In this document: positions 1 to 9,896 of the stretch, one piece after another
Position numbering within the stretch: the stretch's first letter is position 1
How the letters are laid out: the number at the start of each line of letters is the position of its first letter
NCBI GenBank assembly: GCA_045636065.1
Contig: JAZTWW010000015.1
Span: forward strand, 2,595-66,594
Origin: Kiritimatiellia bacterium
GTDB taxonomy: Bacteria > Verrucomicrobiota > Kiritimatiellia > RFP12 > UBA1067
Direction: 5' to 3'
Length of the DNA: 64,000 nt
The notes under the pieces: model-generated
Told to the model about the DNA's origin: nothing
The model's input: only the letters and a program-made list of their open reading frames with translations
Databases searched by the model: none
Translations under genes and position numbers: made by a program

Positions 1-1
1 C

Positions 2-253
2 AACGTCACCGGCGCTCCCCATTCTAGCGACCCCGGCGAGATCAAGGCCCTCATGCTCAGGCAGGTCACTGAGCCCACAAACTGGGCGGCCGACGTGGAG
101 GCCGCGAAGGGTCTCGGCGTCGACACGTTCGTCGAGTTCGGCCCCGGCAAGGTCCTGAGCGGCCTCATAAAGAAGATCGACGCTTCCCTTGCAACGCTCA
201 ACGTAGGCGATGAGGCGAGCCTTGAGGCGACGCGCGCGGCTCTTGGGGCTTGA
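2..253 (+). CDS. fabD: malonyl-CoA:ACP transacylase, C-terminal fragment (5' end outside window)
   Basis: The frame is open from the window edge. The sequence ...TNWAADVEAAKGLGVDTFVEFGPGKVLSGLIKKI matches the conserved FabD C-terminal E-x-GPGKVL-x-GL region. Confidence 0.75.
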   Translation, partial: NVTGAPHSSDPGEIKALMLRQVTEPTNWAADVEAAKGLGVDTFVEFGPGKVLSGLIKKIDASLATLNVGDEASLEATRAALGA

Positions 254-264
254 GGCGTCCGGGA

Positions 265-936
265 ATGAAGCGTGTTGCAATAATCGGGGCAGGGCGTTTC
301 GGGTCGGCGCTTGCCGAGTCCCTCGGGGATTCCGGCGTCGAGGTGGTGCTTATAGACCGCAACGGAACGCTCATACAGAACGCCGCCAAGGCCGTCGCCT
401 TCCCCATCCAGGGCGACGCCACGAACGAGCGCGTCCTTGAGGAGGCTGGCGTCAAGGAATGCGACATGGCCGTCGTCGCTATCGGCAGCAACATCGAAGC
501 GTCGATGCTCGCGACGAGCCTTTGCAAGGAGATGGGCGTCAAGACGGTCGTCGCCAAGGCGATAACGGAGATGCACGGAAGGATCCTTTCCAAGATCGGG
601 GCGGACCGCGTCGTCTTCCCGGACCGCGACAGCGCCCACCGCCTTGCGCGCGCCATAACCGGCCACGATGCGTACGAGCTTCTGGAGGTGTCCGAAGGCT
701 TGAGCCTCGCGGAGGTGGACGTGCCCGAGTTCTGCAAGGGCAAGACGCTCGCGCAGACGGACCTTCGCAAGCGCTGCGGAGTGACAGTCCTTTGCATACG
801 CCGCGCGAACGAGAACCCGAAGAAGCCGCGGAGCGTCGTGATCCCGGGCCCGAACGACGCGCTCCTCGACGACGACAAGCTTATAGTGTTCGGAACCCCG
901 AAGCAGATAGACGAGATGGCCGAGATAAAGGGTTGA
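265..936 (+). CDS. trkA: Trk/Ktr-type K+ transport regulatory subunit (RCK_N + RCK_C), stand-alone
   Basis: MKRVAIIGAGRFGSALAESL is a Rossmann GxGxxG N-terminus, and the C-terminal RCK_C-like part reads SLAEVDVPEFCKGKTLAQTDLRKRCGVTVLCIRR. The longest ORF starts at 250, but ATG 265 gives the canonical N-terminus. Confidence 0.85.
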   Translation: MKRVAIIGAGRFGSALAESLGDSGVEVVLIDRNGTLIQNAAKAVAFPIQGDATNERVLEEAGVKECDMAVVAIGSNIEASMLATSLCKEMGVKTVVAKAITEMHGRILSKIGADRVVFPDRDSAHRLARAITGHDAYELLEVSEGLSLAEVDVPEFCKGKTLAQTDLRKRCGVTVLCIRRANENPKKPRSVVIPGPNDALLDDDKLIVFGTPKQIDEMAEIKG

Positions 937-940
937 ACAA

Positions 941-3508
941 ATGAACGAAGAAGAAGTGAACCAGCCGGAGGACTCCTCCGAAGCGCAGGCTGCGGCGGAA
1001 GCAGCTGCCGGGACCGTGGAGAGGGTCGACATCGGCGAGGAGATGAGCCGCGACTACATCGACTATTCGATGAGCGTGATAGTCGGCCGCGCGCTCCCCG
1101 ACGTGCGCGACGGCCTCAAGCCCGTCCACCGCCGCTGCCTCTTTTCGATGTACAAGCTCGGCAACACGTGGAACTCCAAGCACCTGAAGAGCGCACGCAT
1201 CGTCGGCGACGTGATAGGTAAATACCATCCCCACGGCGACAGCGCCGTGTACGAGACGATCGTAAGGATGGCGCAGGACTTCTCCCTCAGGGTGCCGCTC
1301 GTGGACGGCCACGGCAACTTCGGCTCGATAGACGGCGACGGGGCGGCCGCAATGCGTTACACAGAGGTCAGGATGCAGCGCGTCACGGACGAGCTTCTCG
1401 GCGACATCGAGAAGGACACCGTCGACATGGTGCCCAACTTCGACGAGACCCTCACAGAGCCGAGCGTCCTTCCCGCGAAGCTCCCGAACCTCCTGCTCAA
1501 CGGCTCCTCGGGAATCGCCGTCGGCATGGCGACAAACATCCCGCCGCACAACCTCGGCGAACTCTGCGACGGCATAACTTACTACGTGGACCATCCGGAC
1601 TGCACCATAGACGACCTTCTCCAGTTCGTCAAAGGCCCCGACTTCCCGACCGGCGCGCAGATCTGCGGCCGCAACGGCATCCTCTCGATGTACAAGACGG
1701 GGCGCGGCCAGATATGCGTGAGAGGCAAGGCCGAGATAGAGGACGAGTGGAAGCCCTCGCGCGCGCGCATAATAATAACGGAGATCCCCTACACCGTCAA
1801 CAAGCGCGAGATGCTTCTCAACATGACGCAGCTCGTCAAGGACAAGGTGATAGACGGCATCTCCGACATACGCGACGAGTCGAAGAAGGACATCCGCATC
1901 GTCGTCGAGCTAAAGCGCGACGCCCTTGCGGAGATCGTCCTCAACCGCCTCTACAAGCATACGCAGCTGCAGACGACGTTCGGCGCGAACATGCTCGCGA
2001 TCGACAAGGGCCGTCCGCGCGTCATGACGCTCAAGGACTTCTTCAAGGCGTATGTGGACCACCGCTTCGAGGTGATAACGAGGCGCACGCGCTTCGAGCT
2101 CAAGAAGGCCGAGGCCCGCAAGCACATACTCGACGGACTTCTCATAGCGATCGCCAACCTCGACGACGTGGTGCAGACGATCCGCGCCTCCAAGAACCGC
2201 GAAGACGCCAAGACGAGGCTCGTCGAGAAGTACCGCTTCTCCGAGCCGCAGGTGAACGCCATCCTAGACATGCGCCTCTACCAGCTCACCGGGCTGGAGC
2301 GCGAAAAGCTCGAGGACGAACTCAAGGCTCTTCTTCTTACGATAGCGGACTTGAAGGCCATACTGGCCGATGCCGGCAGGATCTACGCCATCATCAAGGA
2401 CGATCTTGCGATGATCAAGGAGAAGTTCGCCTCCAAGGATGAGGCGAAGCGCCGCACCGAGATCGTTCCCGACCTCAACGAAGTGTCTCTCAAGGACCTC
2501 ATCGCCGACGAGCCGTGCGTAATAACGCTTTCCGAGCGCGGCTACGTCAAGCGCGTCCCGCTCACCGAGTACAAGGAGCAGGGCCGCGGCGGCAGGGGCA
2601 TAAGAGGGGCCGTCTCGAAGGACGAGGACTTCGTGAGGCTCGTGTTCGTCGCCGAGACGCACGACTCTCTCATGTTCTTCACGAACAAGGGTCGCCTCTT
2701 CCTCAAGGGCGCATACGAGATCCCCGAGTTCTCTCGCGCGGCGCCCGGCCGCCCGCTCATAAACTTCCTGAATCTCCAGGAGGGCGAGCAGGTCTTGAGG
2801 CTTCTTCCGATACGCTCCTTCGACGGCGACATCGACGTGATGTTCGCAACCGCGAAGGGCATAGTCAAGAAGACGCTCCTCGGCGAATACAAGAACGTCA
2901 ACAGAAGCGGCATAAGGGCGATCTCGATAGACGAGGGCGACACGCTTGTGGAGGTGAGGCTCGTCAAGCCCAGCGACGAGGTCGTCATGATAACCGCCAT
3001 GGGCAAGGGCATCCGCTTCAGGGCCGATGAGGTGAGGCGCATGGGCCGCACTGCGGCAGGCGTCACGGGCATCCGCTTCAAGGAGGAGGACGACCGCGTC
3101 TGCTCGCTCGATGTGGTGAACAACGCGAAGACGCTTCTCGTCGCCACGGAGAACGGGTACGGCAAGCGCACCGAGTTCCCAGAGTACCGCCAGACGCACA
3201 GGGGCGGCATGGGCGTCACGGCGATAAAGGGCGCCGAGAGGAACGGGCTTATCGTGGCCGCGCACGCCGTGGCGGACGACGAGTCCATCGTCACCATGAC
3301 ATCCGGCGGCATGATGGTCCGCCAGCGCGTCGTCGACATCCGCGTCACGGGAAGGAACGCGCAGGGCGTCAAGCTCGTCACGCTCGGAGAAGGCGAAAGG
3401 CTCGTATCCATGAGCGTCGTCGAGGCGGAGGAGATGCCGCAGGACGATTCGCCGACTGTCGAATTCGTCGATGATGAAAGCGAGGTTTCAGGCGATGGAG
3501 AGGGCTGA
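941..3508 (+). CDS. gyrA: DNA gyrase subunit A
   Basis: 855 aa. Contains [13 protein letters not shown], the active-site Tyr motif AAMRYTE, C-terminal beta-pinwheel repeats and an acidic tail. Confidence 0.97.
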   Translation: MNEEEVNQPEDSSEAQAAAEAAAGTVERVDIGEEMSRDYIDYSMSVIVGRALPDVRDGLKPVHRRCLFSMYKLGNTWNSKHLKSARIVGDVIGKYHPHGDSAVYETIVRMAQDFSLRVPLVDGHGNFGSIDGDGAAAMRYTEVRMQRVTDELLGDIEKDTVDMVPNFDETLTEPSVLPAKLPNLLLNGSSGIAVGMATNIPPHNLGELCDGITYYVDHPDCTIDDLLQFVKGPDFPTGAQICGRNGILSMYKTGRGQICVRGKAEIEDEWKPSRARIIITEIPYTVNKREMLLNMTQLVKDKVIDGISDIRDESKKDIRIVVELKRDALAEIVLNRLYKHTQLQTTFGANMLAIDKGRPRVMTLKDFFKAYVDHRFEVITRRTRFELKKAEARKHILDGLLIAIANLDDVVQTIRASKNREDAKTRLVEKYRFSEPQVNAILDMRLYQLTGLEREKLEDELKALLLTIADLKAILADAGRIYAIIKDDLAMIKEKFASKDEAKRRTEIVPDLNEVSLKDLIADEPCVITLSERGYVKRVPLTEYKEQGRGGRGIRGAVSKDEDFVRLVFVAETHDSLMFFTNKGRLFLKGAYEIPEFSRAAPGRPLINFLNLQEGEQVLRLLPIRSFDGDIDVMFATAKGIVKKTLLGEYKNVNRSGIRAISIDEGDTLVEVRLVKPSDEVVMITAMGKGIRFRADEVRRMGRTAAGVTGIRFKEEDDRVCSLDVVNNAKTLLVATENGYGKRTEFPEYRQTHRGGMGVTAIKGAERNGLIVAAHAVADDESIVTMTSGGMMVRQRVVDIRVTGRNAQGVKLVTLGEGERLVSMSVVEAEEMPQDDSPTVEFVDDESEVSGDGEG

Positions 3509-3758
3509 TCTTGAAAGAAGGCTCAAGGAGCTTGTGATATCGAGCCTTGACCTTGAGGACGTCTCCGTCGATGATATACAGACGGACATCCCGCTTTTCG
3601 GCGAAGGGCTTGGGCTCGATTCCATAGACGCGCTCGAGCTGGGGATGGCAGTAAGGAAGGAGTTCGGGGTGAAGTTCTCCCAGAACCCCGCCGACAACAG
3701 GGCAATATTCAGAAGCGTCGCGACGCTTGCGGACTTTATAGAAGGGAACGGGAAATGA
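3495..3758 (+). CDS. acyl carrier protein-like phosphopantetheine carrier (copy 1)
   Basis: GLGLDSIDALELGMAVRKEFG has the DSxD/ACP Ser attachment motif in a ~87-aa protein. ATG 3495 has GAGG 9 nt upstream; the alternative start at 3471 overlaps the gyrA 3' end. Confidence 0.7.
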   Translation: MERADLERRLKELVISSLDLEDVSVDDIQTDIPLFGEGLGLDSIDALELGMAVRKEFGVKFSQNPADNRAIFRSVATLADFIEGNGK

Positions 3759-4000
3759 ATGAGTCTGACATCGAGAAGATGATTGTCGACACGCTTGTCG
3801 CCGACTTCGAATGCGAACGCGAGTCGCTCAAGCCGGAGACGGACCTTTTCGCCGAGCTCGATCTCGATTCGATCGATGCGGTCGATCTCATCGTCCGTCT
3901 GCAGCAGCAGATCGGCAAGAAGGTGGATCCGGAGGATTTCCGCTCCATAAGGACTCTAGGCGACGTCACAAAGACCGTCGCGAAGCTCGTCAACGGCTGA
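3755..4000 (+). CDS. acyl carrier protein-like phosphopantetheine carrier (copy 2)
   Basis: 81 aa with the ACP Ser motif ELDLDSIDAVDLIVRLQQ. It overlaps the preceding ACP by ATGA. Confidence 0.75.
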   Translation: MNESDIEKMIVDTLVADFECERESLKPETDLFAELDLDSIDAVDLIVRLQQQIGKKVDPEDFRSIRTLGDVTKTVAKLVNG

Positions 4001-4007
4001 GGCCCGC

Positions 4008-5681
4008 TTGAGCGCTAAAACGCCGCCAGCGGGAAAGCTTTTCCCTCCCGTCGCGCTTGCCGTGTGCATCGCGCTTGCCGTGGCGTTGCGCAATTTCGTT
4101 TTTGTCGCCTGGTACCCCGTGGCGGCAAGCCTGCTCGCGGGCTCCGCGTTTGCGCTCTCGCTTCTTCCAAGGCGCGGCGATACGCTCGCCCACTCGTTCG
4201 ACCTCGCGCTTTCGGGCGGCATCGATCCCGAAGGCGCAAGGGCCTATTGCAGGAAGGTGACCGCCGCCTGGTGGATCGTCCTCTGGGCGAACGCCGCCGT
4301 GGCGGCCGCAACGGTCTACGCCCCAAGGTGGGTCTGGTTCACGTGGAACTGCGCCTTGAGCTACGCGGCGCTGGGGCTCGTGTGGGCGGTTGAAATGCGC
4401 ATAAGAAGAAGGACTTTCGCGGTCAGGTTCTCGACGAGCGGATCGACCGGCTCCGCCAAACATATAGTAAAGACATTCGAGTCCCTTGCGAAGGAGGTCG
4501 CGATGCACAGATCGCGCCTCAAGGACATCCTCGCGAAGAATCCGGTATTCCTCTCGACCGTCGATCCAACGCACATGTACGGAACCTTGTGGCGCAGGAT
4601 GCTCCCCGAAGCGGCAGGATGCGAAGCGGATCCATCCGTCATAGGGACGCCCGAGGAGCTTATAGCCAAGATGTCGGCGGCTCAAAGCGTCTTTCTTGTG
4701 ACGACGCCGAGCTTCATCGCCCATCTCGCGAAATACGCGGACGGCTACGAGATCCCAAGAAACGTCGTCGCCCTGACGACGAGCGGCGCCCTCTTGGAGC
4801 CTCGGGTGGCAGAGGCGGCAAAGCGCATCTTCGGCGTCGTACCCCTCGAGATTTTCGGCAGTACGGAGACGGGCGGCGTCGCGTGGCGCCGGCAGGATGG
4901 CGGAGACGGGCTTTGGCGCGTCTTTGATCCGGTAAAGGTTGGAATTTCGGAGAATGGAACTTTGAAGGTCCAATCACCGTTCTCCTTCAAGCGCGGCTGG
5001 TACGAGATGGGCGACGGCGTGGAACTCGAGCCAGACGGACGAGCCTTCAAACTTCTCGGGAGGCGCGACAGAATGGTCAAGATTGCCGAAGAGAGGGTGG
5101 ATCTCGCGGAGATGGAGGCGCTCGCGTCAGGCGCTCTGGGCGGGGTTGAGGTGCATCTCGTGAAGCTCGATGGAGAGACGGGGCCGATTCTTGGCGCCGT
5201 AGTCGAAGGGGAGAGCCGTCCGCCCCTTGAGATGAGATCGGCCCTTTTGAAGGTCTTCCCGAAGGGGACTTTGCCGAGGCGCTTCAGGTTCGTGAAGGAG
5301 ATCGCGCACAACGAGCAGGGGAAGGTGACGGACGGCTACTTGAGATCGCTTTTCGAGCGTCCTTCCGAGCCTCCGCCAAAGCCCGGCAAGGTCGAGATCC
5401 CCGTAAGGTACGAAGCCGGCGAGTCCTGCTTCGACGGCCATTTCCCCGGCTTCCCGATACTTCCCGGGGTCATCCAGCTCGGAAGGGCCGTTGACGAGGC
5501 CCGCAGGGCTTTCGCGATCGCATCCCCGCTCAAGACTGTTAAGAAAATGAAGTTCATGAGCCCTATACGCCCTGGAATGGGCGTGACGCTGGCTCTGGAA
5601 CGCCGCGGTGCAGGCGAAGTCTCCTACGCCTTTGAAGCGGACGGGTGCGTCCACTCGTGCGGCACGCTGATTTTTTCTTAA
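4008..5681 (+). CDS. tri-domain protein: N-terminal ~130-aa multi-TM region + ANL-family adenylating enzyme + C-terminal FabA/FabZ-like hotdog dehydratase
   Basis: The first ~130 aa contain hydrophobic helices. Adenylation core motifs are FSTSGSTGSAK, GSTETGG and GRRDRMVKIAEERVDLAEME. The C-terminal hotdog signature is DGHFPGFPILPGVIQ (His codon at 5439). The start appears to be TTG 4008, with GTG 4062 as an alternative. Confidence 0.7.
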   Translation: MSAKTPPAGKLFPPVALAVCIALAVALRNFVFVAWYPVAASLLAGSAFALSLLPRRGDTLAHSFDLALSGGIDPEGARAYCRKVTAAWWIVLWANAAVAAATVYAPRWVWFTWNCALSYAALGLVWAVEMRIRRRTFAVRFSTSGSTGSAKHIVKTFESLAKEVAMHRSRLKDILAKNPVFLSTVDPTHMYGTLWRRMLPEAAGCEADPSVIGTPEELIAKMSAAQSVFLVTTPSFIAHLAKYADGYEIPRNVVALTTSGALLEPRVAEAAKRIFGVVPLEIFGSTETGGVAWRRQDGGDGLWRVFDPVKVGISENGTLKVQSPFSFKRGWYEMGDGVELEPDGRAFKLLGRRDRMVKIAEERVDLAEMEALASGALGGVEVHLVKLDGETGPILGAVVEGESRPPLEMRSALLKVFPKGTLPRRFRFVKEIAHNEQGKVTDGYLRSLFERPSEPPPKPGKVEIPVRYEAGESCFDGHFPGFPILPGVIQLGRAVDEARRAFAIASPLKTVKKMKFMSPIRPGMGVTLALERRGAGEVSYAFEADGCVHSCGTLIFS

Positions 5682-5689
5682 AATCCCAT

Positions 5690-5719
5690 TTGACGAAAGG
5701 CGCGTCTTTGGAGTATAAT
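5690..5719 (+). promoter_or_regulatory. sigma70-type promoter for the V-ATPase genes
   Basis: TTGACG (5690-5695), an 18-nt spacer, then TATAAT (5714-5719). GGAGG at 5736-5740 precedes ATG 5747. Confidence 0.55.
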
Positions 5720-5746
5720 ACGCAAAGTCAATTTCGGAGGTGTTCA

Positions 5747-6325
5747 ATGGCAGAAGAACTGCAGTCGTTGCTAGAGAGAATCCAGAAGGATGGCGTTGAC
5801 AAGGCCAACGCCGAAGCCGCAGAGATCGTCGCCAAGGCAAAGGCCGAGGCGGCGGCCATCGTCAAGAAGGCGAAAGAGGAGGCAGCCGAATCTTCGGCGG
5901 CAGCCAAGGCGGAGGCCGAAGCCGGCGCGAAGCGCGCCGAGGCCACGATCCGCCAGGCCGCGCGCGATACGATCCTCAGCGTCGAGGCGGCCGTCACGAA
6001 GATGCTGGAGGGCCTGCTCGCGAAGGATGTCGAGGCCGCCCTGGCAACGCCTGCACAGGTCGCGCCGCTCGCGCTCGCCGCGATCACCGTCCTCGGCGAT
6101 CCCACGGCAGAGGTCGCCGCCAACGCTCCTCTCGCCGCAGCGCTCAAGAGCCAGCTTGCCGCCGCCGCCAAGAAGGGCGTCAAGATCGTCACCGACGAAT
6201 CGATCCAGAGCGGATTCTCCGTGAGGCTCGACGGCGGCAGGGTCGAGCACGACTTCACCGGGGATGCCGTCGTAGCGGCCCTCTCAAAGCGCCTCAGGCC
6301 GCAGCTTGCGGCCCTTCTAAAGTGA
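5747..6325 (+). CDS. ntpE: V-type ATPase subunit E
   Basis: 192 aa. The Ala/Lys/Glu-rich coiled N-terminus (AEAAEIVAKAKAEAAAIVKKAKEEA) and globular C-terminus (GFSVRLDGGRVEHDFT) are typical of V/A-ATPase E. The gene sits first in the operon. The longer ORF from 5645 overlaps the promoter. Confidence 0.75.
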   Translation: MAEELQSLLERIQKDGVDKANAEAAEIVAKAKAEAAAIVKKAKEEAAESSAAAKAEAEAGAKRAEATIRQAARDTILSVEAAVTKMLEGLLAKDVEAALATPAQVAPLALAAITVLGDPTAEVAANAPLAAALKSQLAAAAKKGVKIVTDESIQSGFSVRLDGGRVEHDFTGDAVVAALSKRLRPQLAALLK

Positions 6326-6339
6326 AGCGGTAGACTGAA

Positions 6340-6849
6340 ATGGCTGCCGACTATCTGATTTCAAGCCTTCCCCCCGTTTCGTTCGACGCTCCCGCGCCGA
6401 TGACGGTGGAGGCATTCGATGCGAAATGCGTCGAGCATATCGGCGCACCCGCATTGGAGGCGATGCCGGAGCTCGCGGCCGAATGGAACGACCTCAAGAC
6501 CCAGATCATGAACGCAATCGCCGCCGAGCGCGCCAAGGCCCGCGGAGTAGATGCGTCGCGCTGGCTGAGGCCCGTCGAAGGCTGTTCGATCTTCTGGCGC
6601 ACGCGCGCCCAGGCCGCGATGCAGGAGAAGGATCCCGTAAAGCGCGATGCGATGATAGACCGCATCCTCTGGGATGCCGCAGGCGAGCTCGTTCCGGCGT
6701 CTTCGCCGCTCTCGGCCGCCGCCGCGCTGACGTACAGGGTGCGCCTTGAAATCGCGGCGCGCCGCGAGAGGATCTCCACCGAGGAAGGCAACAGCGTTTT
6801 CAACAATCTCGTCGCCGCAGCCGAGAATGCGGCGGGCACAAAGGAATGA
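6340..6849 (+). CDS. hypothetical protein in the position of the DUF2764 / subunit-C-like gene of bacterial V-ATPase operons
   Basis: 169-aa ORF between E and A, at the slot that holds a DUF2764-type protein in Bacteroidota/Chlamydia V-ATPase operons. The family assignment rests on position only, and this ORF is shorter than I remember for DUF2764. Confidence 0.5.
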   Translation: MAADYLISSLPPVSFDAPAPMTVEAFDAKCVEHIGAPALEAMPELAAEWNDLKTQIMNAIAAERAKARGVDASRWLRPVEGCSIFWRTRAQAAMQEKDPVKRDAMIDRILWDAAGELVPASSPLSAAAALTYRVRLEIAARRERISTEEGNSVFNNLVAAAENAAGTKE

Positions 6850-6853
6850 CCAC

Positions 6854-8602
6854 ATGACGACAACCGGTAAAATCGTCGGCGTAAACGGCAACATGATCAC
6901 CGTGAAGTTCAACGGAGCGGTGGCGCAGAATGAAGTCGGATACGCCGTTTTGGGCGACAAGCGCCTCATGGCCGAAATCGTTCGCGTCAGGGGAGACCTC
7001 TGCGACATGCAGGTGTTCGATTCCACGACGCAGCTCTCCGTCGGCGACGCGGTGGAGTTCGAAGGCGAGCTTCTCGCCGTCGAGCTGGGGCCGGGCATCC
7101 TGACGCAGGTGTACGACGGGCTTCAGAACCCGCTAGCCGAACTTGCGAAGGAGGCCAGGAAGATTTCCAAGGATGCCGAGTACTTCCTTCAGCGCGGCAT
7201 GTACCTCAAGGGGCTCGACCGCGAGAAGACGTGGGGCTTCACGCCTACGGCGAAGCCGGGCGATCGCATCACCGCCGGCGAGGCCGTCGGTTTCGTCAAG
7301 GAAGGCATCTTCGACCACCGCATAATGGTTCCGTTCCGCCTACAGGGCGCGTATACGGTAAAGAGCGTTGCCCCCAAAGGCGAATACACGGTTGAGGATG
7401 TCGTAGCCGTCATAACCGGGCCCGACGGGAAGGATGTCGAGGTCAGGATGTACCAGCGCTGGCCCGTCAAGGTGCCGATCAAGGCGTACGTCGAAAGGCT
7501 CGCCCCCACGGAGACGCTCACCACGAGCGTAAGGACGATCGATACGTTCTTCCCCGTCGCGGTAGGCGGCACGTACTGCATCCCCGGGCCGTTCGGCGCG
7601 GGCAAGACGGTCCTTCAGCAGACCACGGCCCGCTACGCCGAGGTCGACATCGTCATATCCGCGGCGTGCGGCGAGCGCGCCGGCGAAGTCGTCGAAACCC
7701 TGAAGGAGTTCCCCGAGCTTATCGACCCCAAGACGGGCCGCTCGCTCATGGAGCGCACGTGCATCATCTGCAACACCTCCTCGATGCCTGTCGCGAGCCG
7801 TGAAGCGTCCGTGTATACGGCCGTGACGCTCGCCGAGTACTACAGGCAGATGGGCCTCAATGTCCTCGTCCTCGCAGACTCCACGTCCCGCTGGGCGCAG
7901 GCCATGCGCGAACTTTCCGGCCGCCTTGAGGAGATCCCCGGCGAAGAGGCGTTCCCGGCGTACCTCGAAAGCCGCATCGCTGCGTTCTACGAGCGCGCCG
8001 GCCGCGTCAGGCTCAAGGACGGCTCGATCGGCTCCGTCACGATCGGCGGAACGGTTTCGCCGGCGGGCGGCAACTTCGACGAGCCCGTCACGCAGGCCAC
8101 GCTCAAGGTCGTCGGCGGCTTCCACGGCTTGAGCCGCGCCCGTTCCGACGCCCGCCGCTATCCGGCCATCGACCCTCTCGAGTCCTGGAGCAAGTACCCC
8201 AGCGTCATCGAGCAGGCGCGCGTCGAGAAGGCGCGCACGCTTCTGAGGAAGGGCAACGAGGTCGGCCAGATGATGAAGGTCGTCGGCGAGGAAGGCACGA
8301 GCCTTGCGGACTTCACCGACTACCTGAAGAGCGAATTCCTCGATGCCGTCTACCTGCAGCAGAACGCGTTCTCCGATGTCGACGCCTCGACTCCGAAGGC
8401 GCGCCAGCAGGTGATGTTCGACGTCGTCGAAAAGACGCTCTTCACAGACTACAAGTTTGAGGACAAGGATGCTACGCGCAAGTTCTTCATGGGGCTTCAG
8501 CAGGCGTTCATCGACTGGAACAACGTAAAGAGCGACGATCCCGCCTTCGAGGACGGGAAGAATGCGCTCATCGCGAAGATTGAGGAGGCCGCCCGTGTTT
8601 GA
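6854..8602 (+). CDS. ntpA: V-type ATPase catalytic subunit A
   Basis: Walker [14 protein letters not shown], the V-type non-homologous insert, and [30 protein letters not shown] 6854 ([17 protein letters not shown]) is the canonical N-terminus. Confidence 0.95.
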   Translation: MTTTGKIVGVNGNMITVKFNGAVAQNEVGYAVLGDKRLMAEIVRVRGDLCDMQVFDSTTQLSVGDAVEFEGELLAVELGPGILTQVYDGLQNPLAELAKEARKISKDAEYFLQRGMYLKGLDREKTWGFTPTAKPGDRITAGEAVGFVKEGIFDHRIMVPFRLQGAYTVKSVAPKGEYTVEDVVAVITGPDGKDVEVRMYQRWPVKVPIKAYVERLAPTETLTTSVRTIDTFFPVAVGGTYCIPGPFGAGKTVLQQTTARYAEVDIVISAACGERAGEVVETLKEFPELIDPKTGRSLMERTCIICNTSSMPVASREASVYTAVTLAEYYRQMGLNVLVLADSTSRWAQAMRELSGRLEEIPGEEAFPAYLESRIAAFYERAGRVRLKDGSIGSVTIGGTVSPAGGNFDEPVTQATLKVVGGFHGLSRARSDARRYPAIDPLESWSKYPSVIEQARVEKARTLLRKGNEVGQMMKVVGEEGTSLADFTDYLKSEFLDAVYLQQNAFSDVDASTPKARQQVMFDVVEKTLFTDYKFEDKDATRKFFMGLQQAFIDWNNVKSDDPAFEDGKNALIAKIEEAARV

Positions 8603-9896
8603 TTCCAAAGTCTACCACAAGATCGACGCACTCTCCGGTTCAGTTGCCACATTGAGGGCCGAGGGGGTCAAGTACAACGAGATCGCCGAGGTCGAGAGCC
8701 GCGCGGGAACTTCCCTTGCGCAGGTCATCAAGCTCGACGGCCCCAACGTCACGATCCAGATCTTCGCCGGCGCAAGAGGCGTCGACACGAGCGCCAAGGT
8801 GCGCTTCCTCGGGGACACGATGAAGATCCCGTTCGGCGACGAGCTTCTCGGACGCGCGTTCACGGGAGCTGGCGAGCCGCGCGACGGCGGCCCGAGGCTC
8901 GACTCGAACAAGGTCCCGATCGGCCAGCCTTCGGTCAACCCCGCCAAGCGCATCATGCCCAACCGCATGGTCCGCACGAACATCCCGATGATCGACCTCT
9001 TCAACTCGCTCGTCGTTTCGCAGAAGCTCCCGATCTTCGCCCGCGCAGGCGAGCCGTACAACGAGCTTCTCGCGCGCATCGCGATGCAGGCGAGCAGCGA
9101 TGTGATCATCCTCGGCGGAATGGGACTTAAGTACGACGACTACCTTACCTTCCGCGACACGCTCGACAAGTCGGGCGCTCTCTCGCGTACGGTGATGTTC
9201 GTCCACACCGCGGCCGACCCGACGGTCGAGTGCAAGCTCGTTCCTGACGTGTCGCTTGCCGTCGCCGAGCAGTTCGCCTTGAAGGGCAAGGACGTCCTTG
9301 TGCTTTTGACGGACATGACGTGCTTCGCCGACGCCATGAAGGAGATCGCCATCACCATGGAGCAGATCCCCTCGAACCGCGGCTATCCGGGCGACCTCTA
9401 CTCACAGCTCGCATCGCGCTACGAGAAGGCCGTGGACTTCGACGGCGCCGGTTCCATCACGATCCTCGCGGTGACGACGATGCCGGGCGACGACGTGACG
9501 CACCCCGTGCCCGACAACACGGGCTACATCACCGAGGGCCAGTTCTACCTCCGCAACGGGCGCATCGAGCCGTTCGGCTCCCTCTCGCGTCTCAAGCAGC
9601 AGGTCAACAAGAACACGCGCGAAGACCATCGCACGATCATGGACGCTCTGATCAAGCTCTACGCCTCCTACAAGGAGACCGTGGAGAAGCAGTCCATGGG
9701 CTTCAGGATGAGCGCGTGGGACCAGAAGCTCCTCAAGTACGGCGCGGCGTTCGAGAAGAACATGATGGACCTTTCCGTCAACATCACCCTCGAAGACGCG
9801 CTTGATCTCGGGTGGAAGATTCTTGCCGACTGTTTCGACAGAAGCGAGGTGGGCATACCCTCCAAGCTCTCAGACAAGTTCTGGCCGAAAGGATGA
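8595..9896 (+). CDS. ntpB: V-type ATPase subunit B
   Basis: [18 protein letters not shown] and related motifs are typical of V-type B. GTG 8595 overlaps the ntpA stop by 8 nt. The longest ORF begins at 8562, inside ntpA. Confidence 0.92.
   Translation: MFDSKVYHKIDALSGSVATLRAEGVKYNEIAEVESRAGTSLAQVIKLDGPNVTIQIFAGARGVDTSAKVRFLGDTMKIPFGDELLGRAFTGAGEPRDGGPRLDSNKVPIGQPSVNPAKRIMPNRMVRTNIPMIDLFNSLVVSQKLPIFARAGEPYNELLARIAMQASSDVIILGGMGLKYDDYLTFRDTLDKSGALSRTVMFVHTAADPTVECKLVPDVSLAVAEQFALKGKDVLVLLTDMTCFADAMKEIAITMEQIPSNRGYPGDLYSQLASRYEKAVDFDGAGSITILAVTTMPGDDVTHPVPDNTGYITEGQFYLRNGRIEPFGSLSRLKQQVNKNTREDHRTIMDALIKLYASYKETVEKQSMGFRMSAWDQKLLKYGAAFEKNMMDLSVNITLEDALDLGWKILADCFDRSEVGIPSKLSDKFWPKG

Noticed and set aside
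5645-6853. N-terminal extensions given by the longest-ORF calls: V-ATPase E from 5645, A from 6746, B from 8562, leuD from 31937, leuB from 32365, grpE from 20720, the nitroreductase from 23873, and the ABC ATPase from 60967
   Set aside because: The extensions are Arg-rich, overlap the preceding gene or promoter, and precede internal starts that give canonical N-termini with an SD or ATGA coupling. The shorter starts were adopted.
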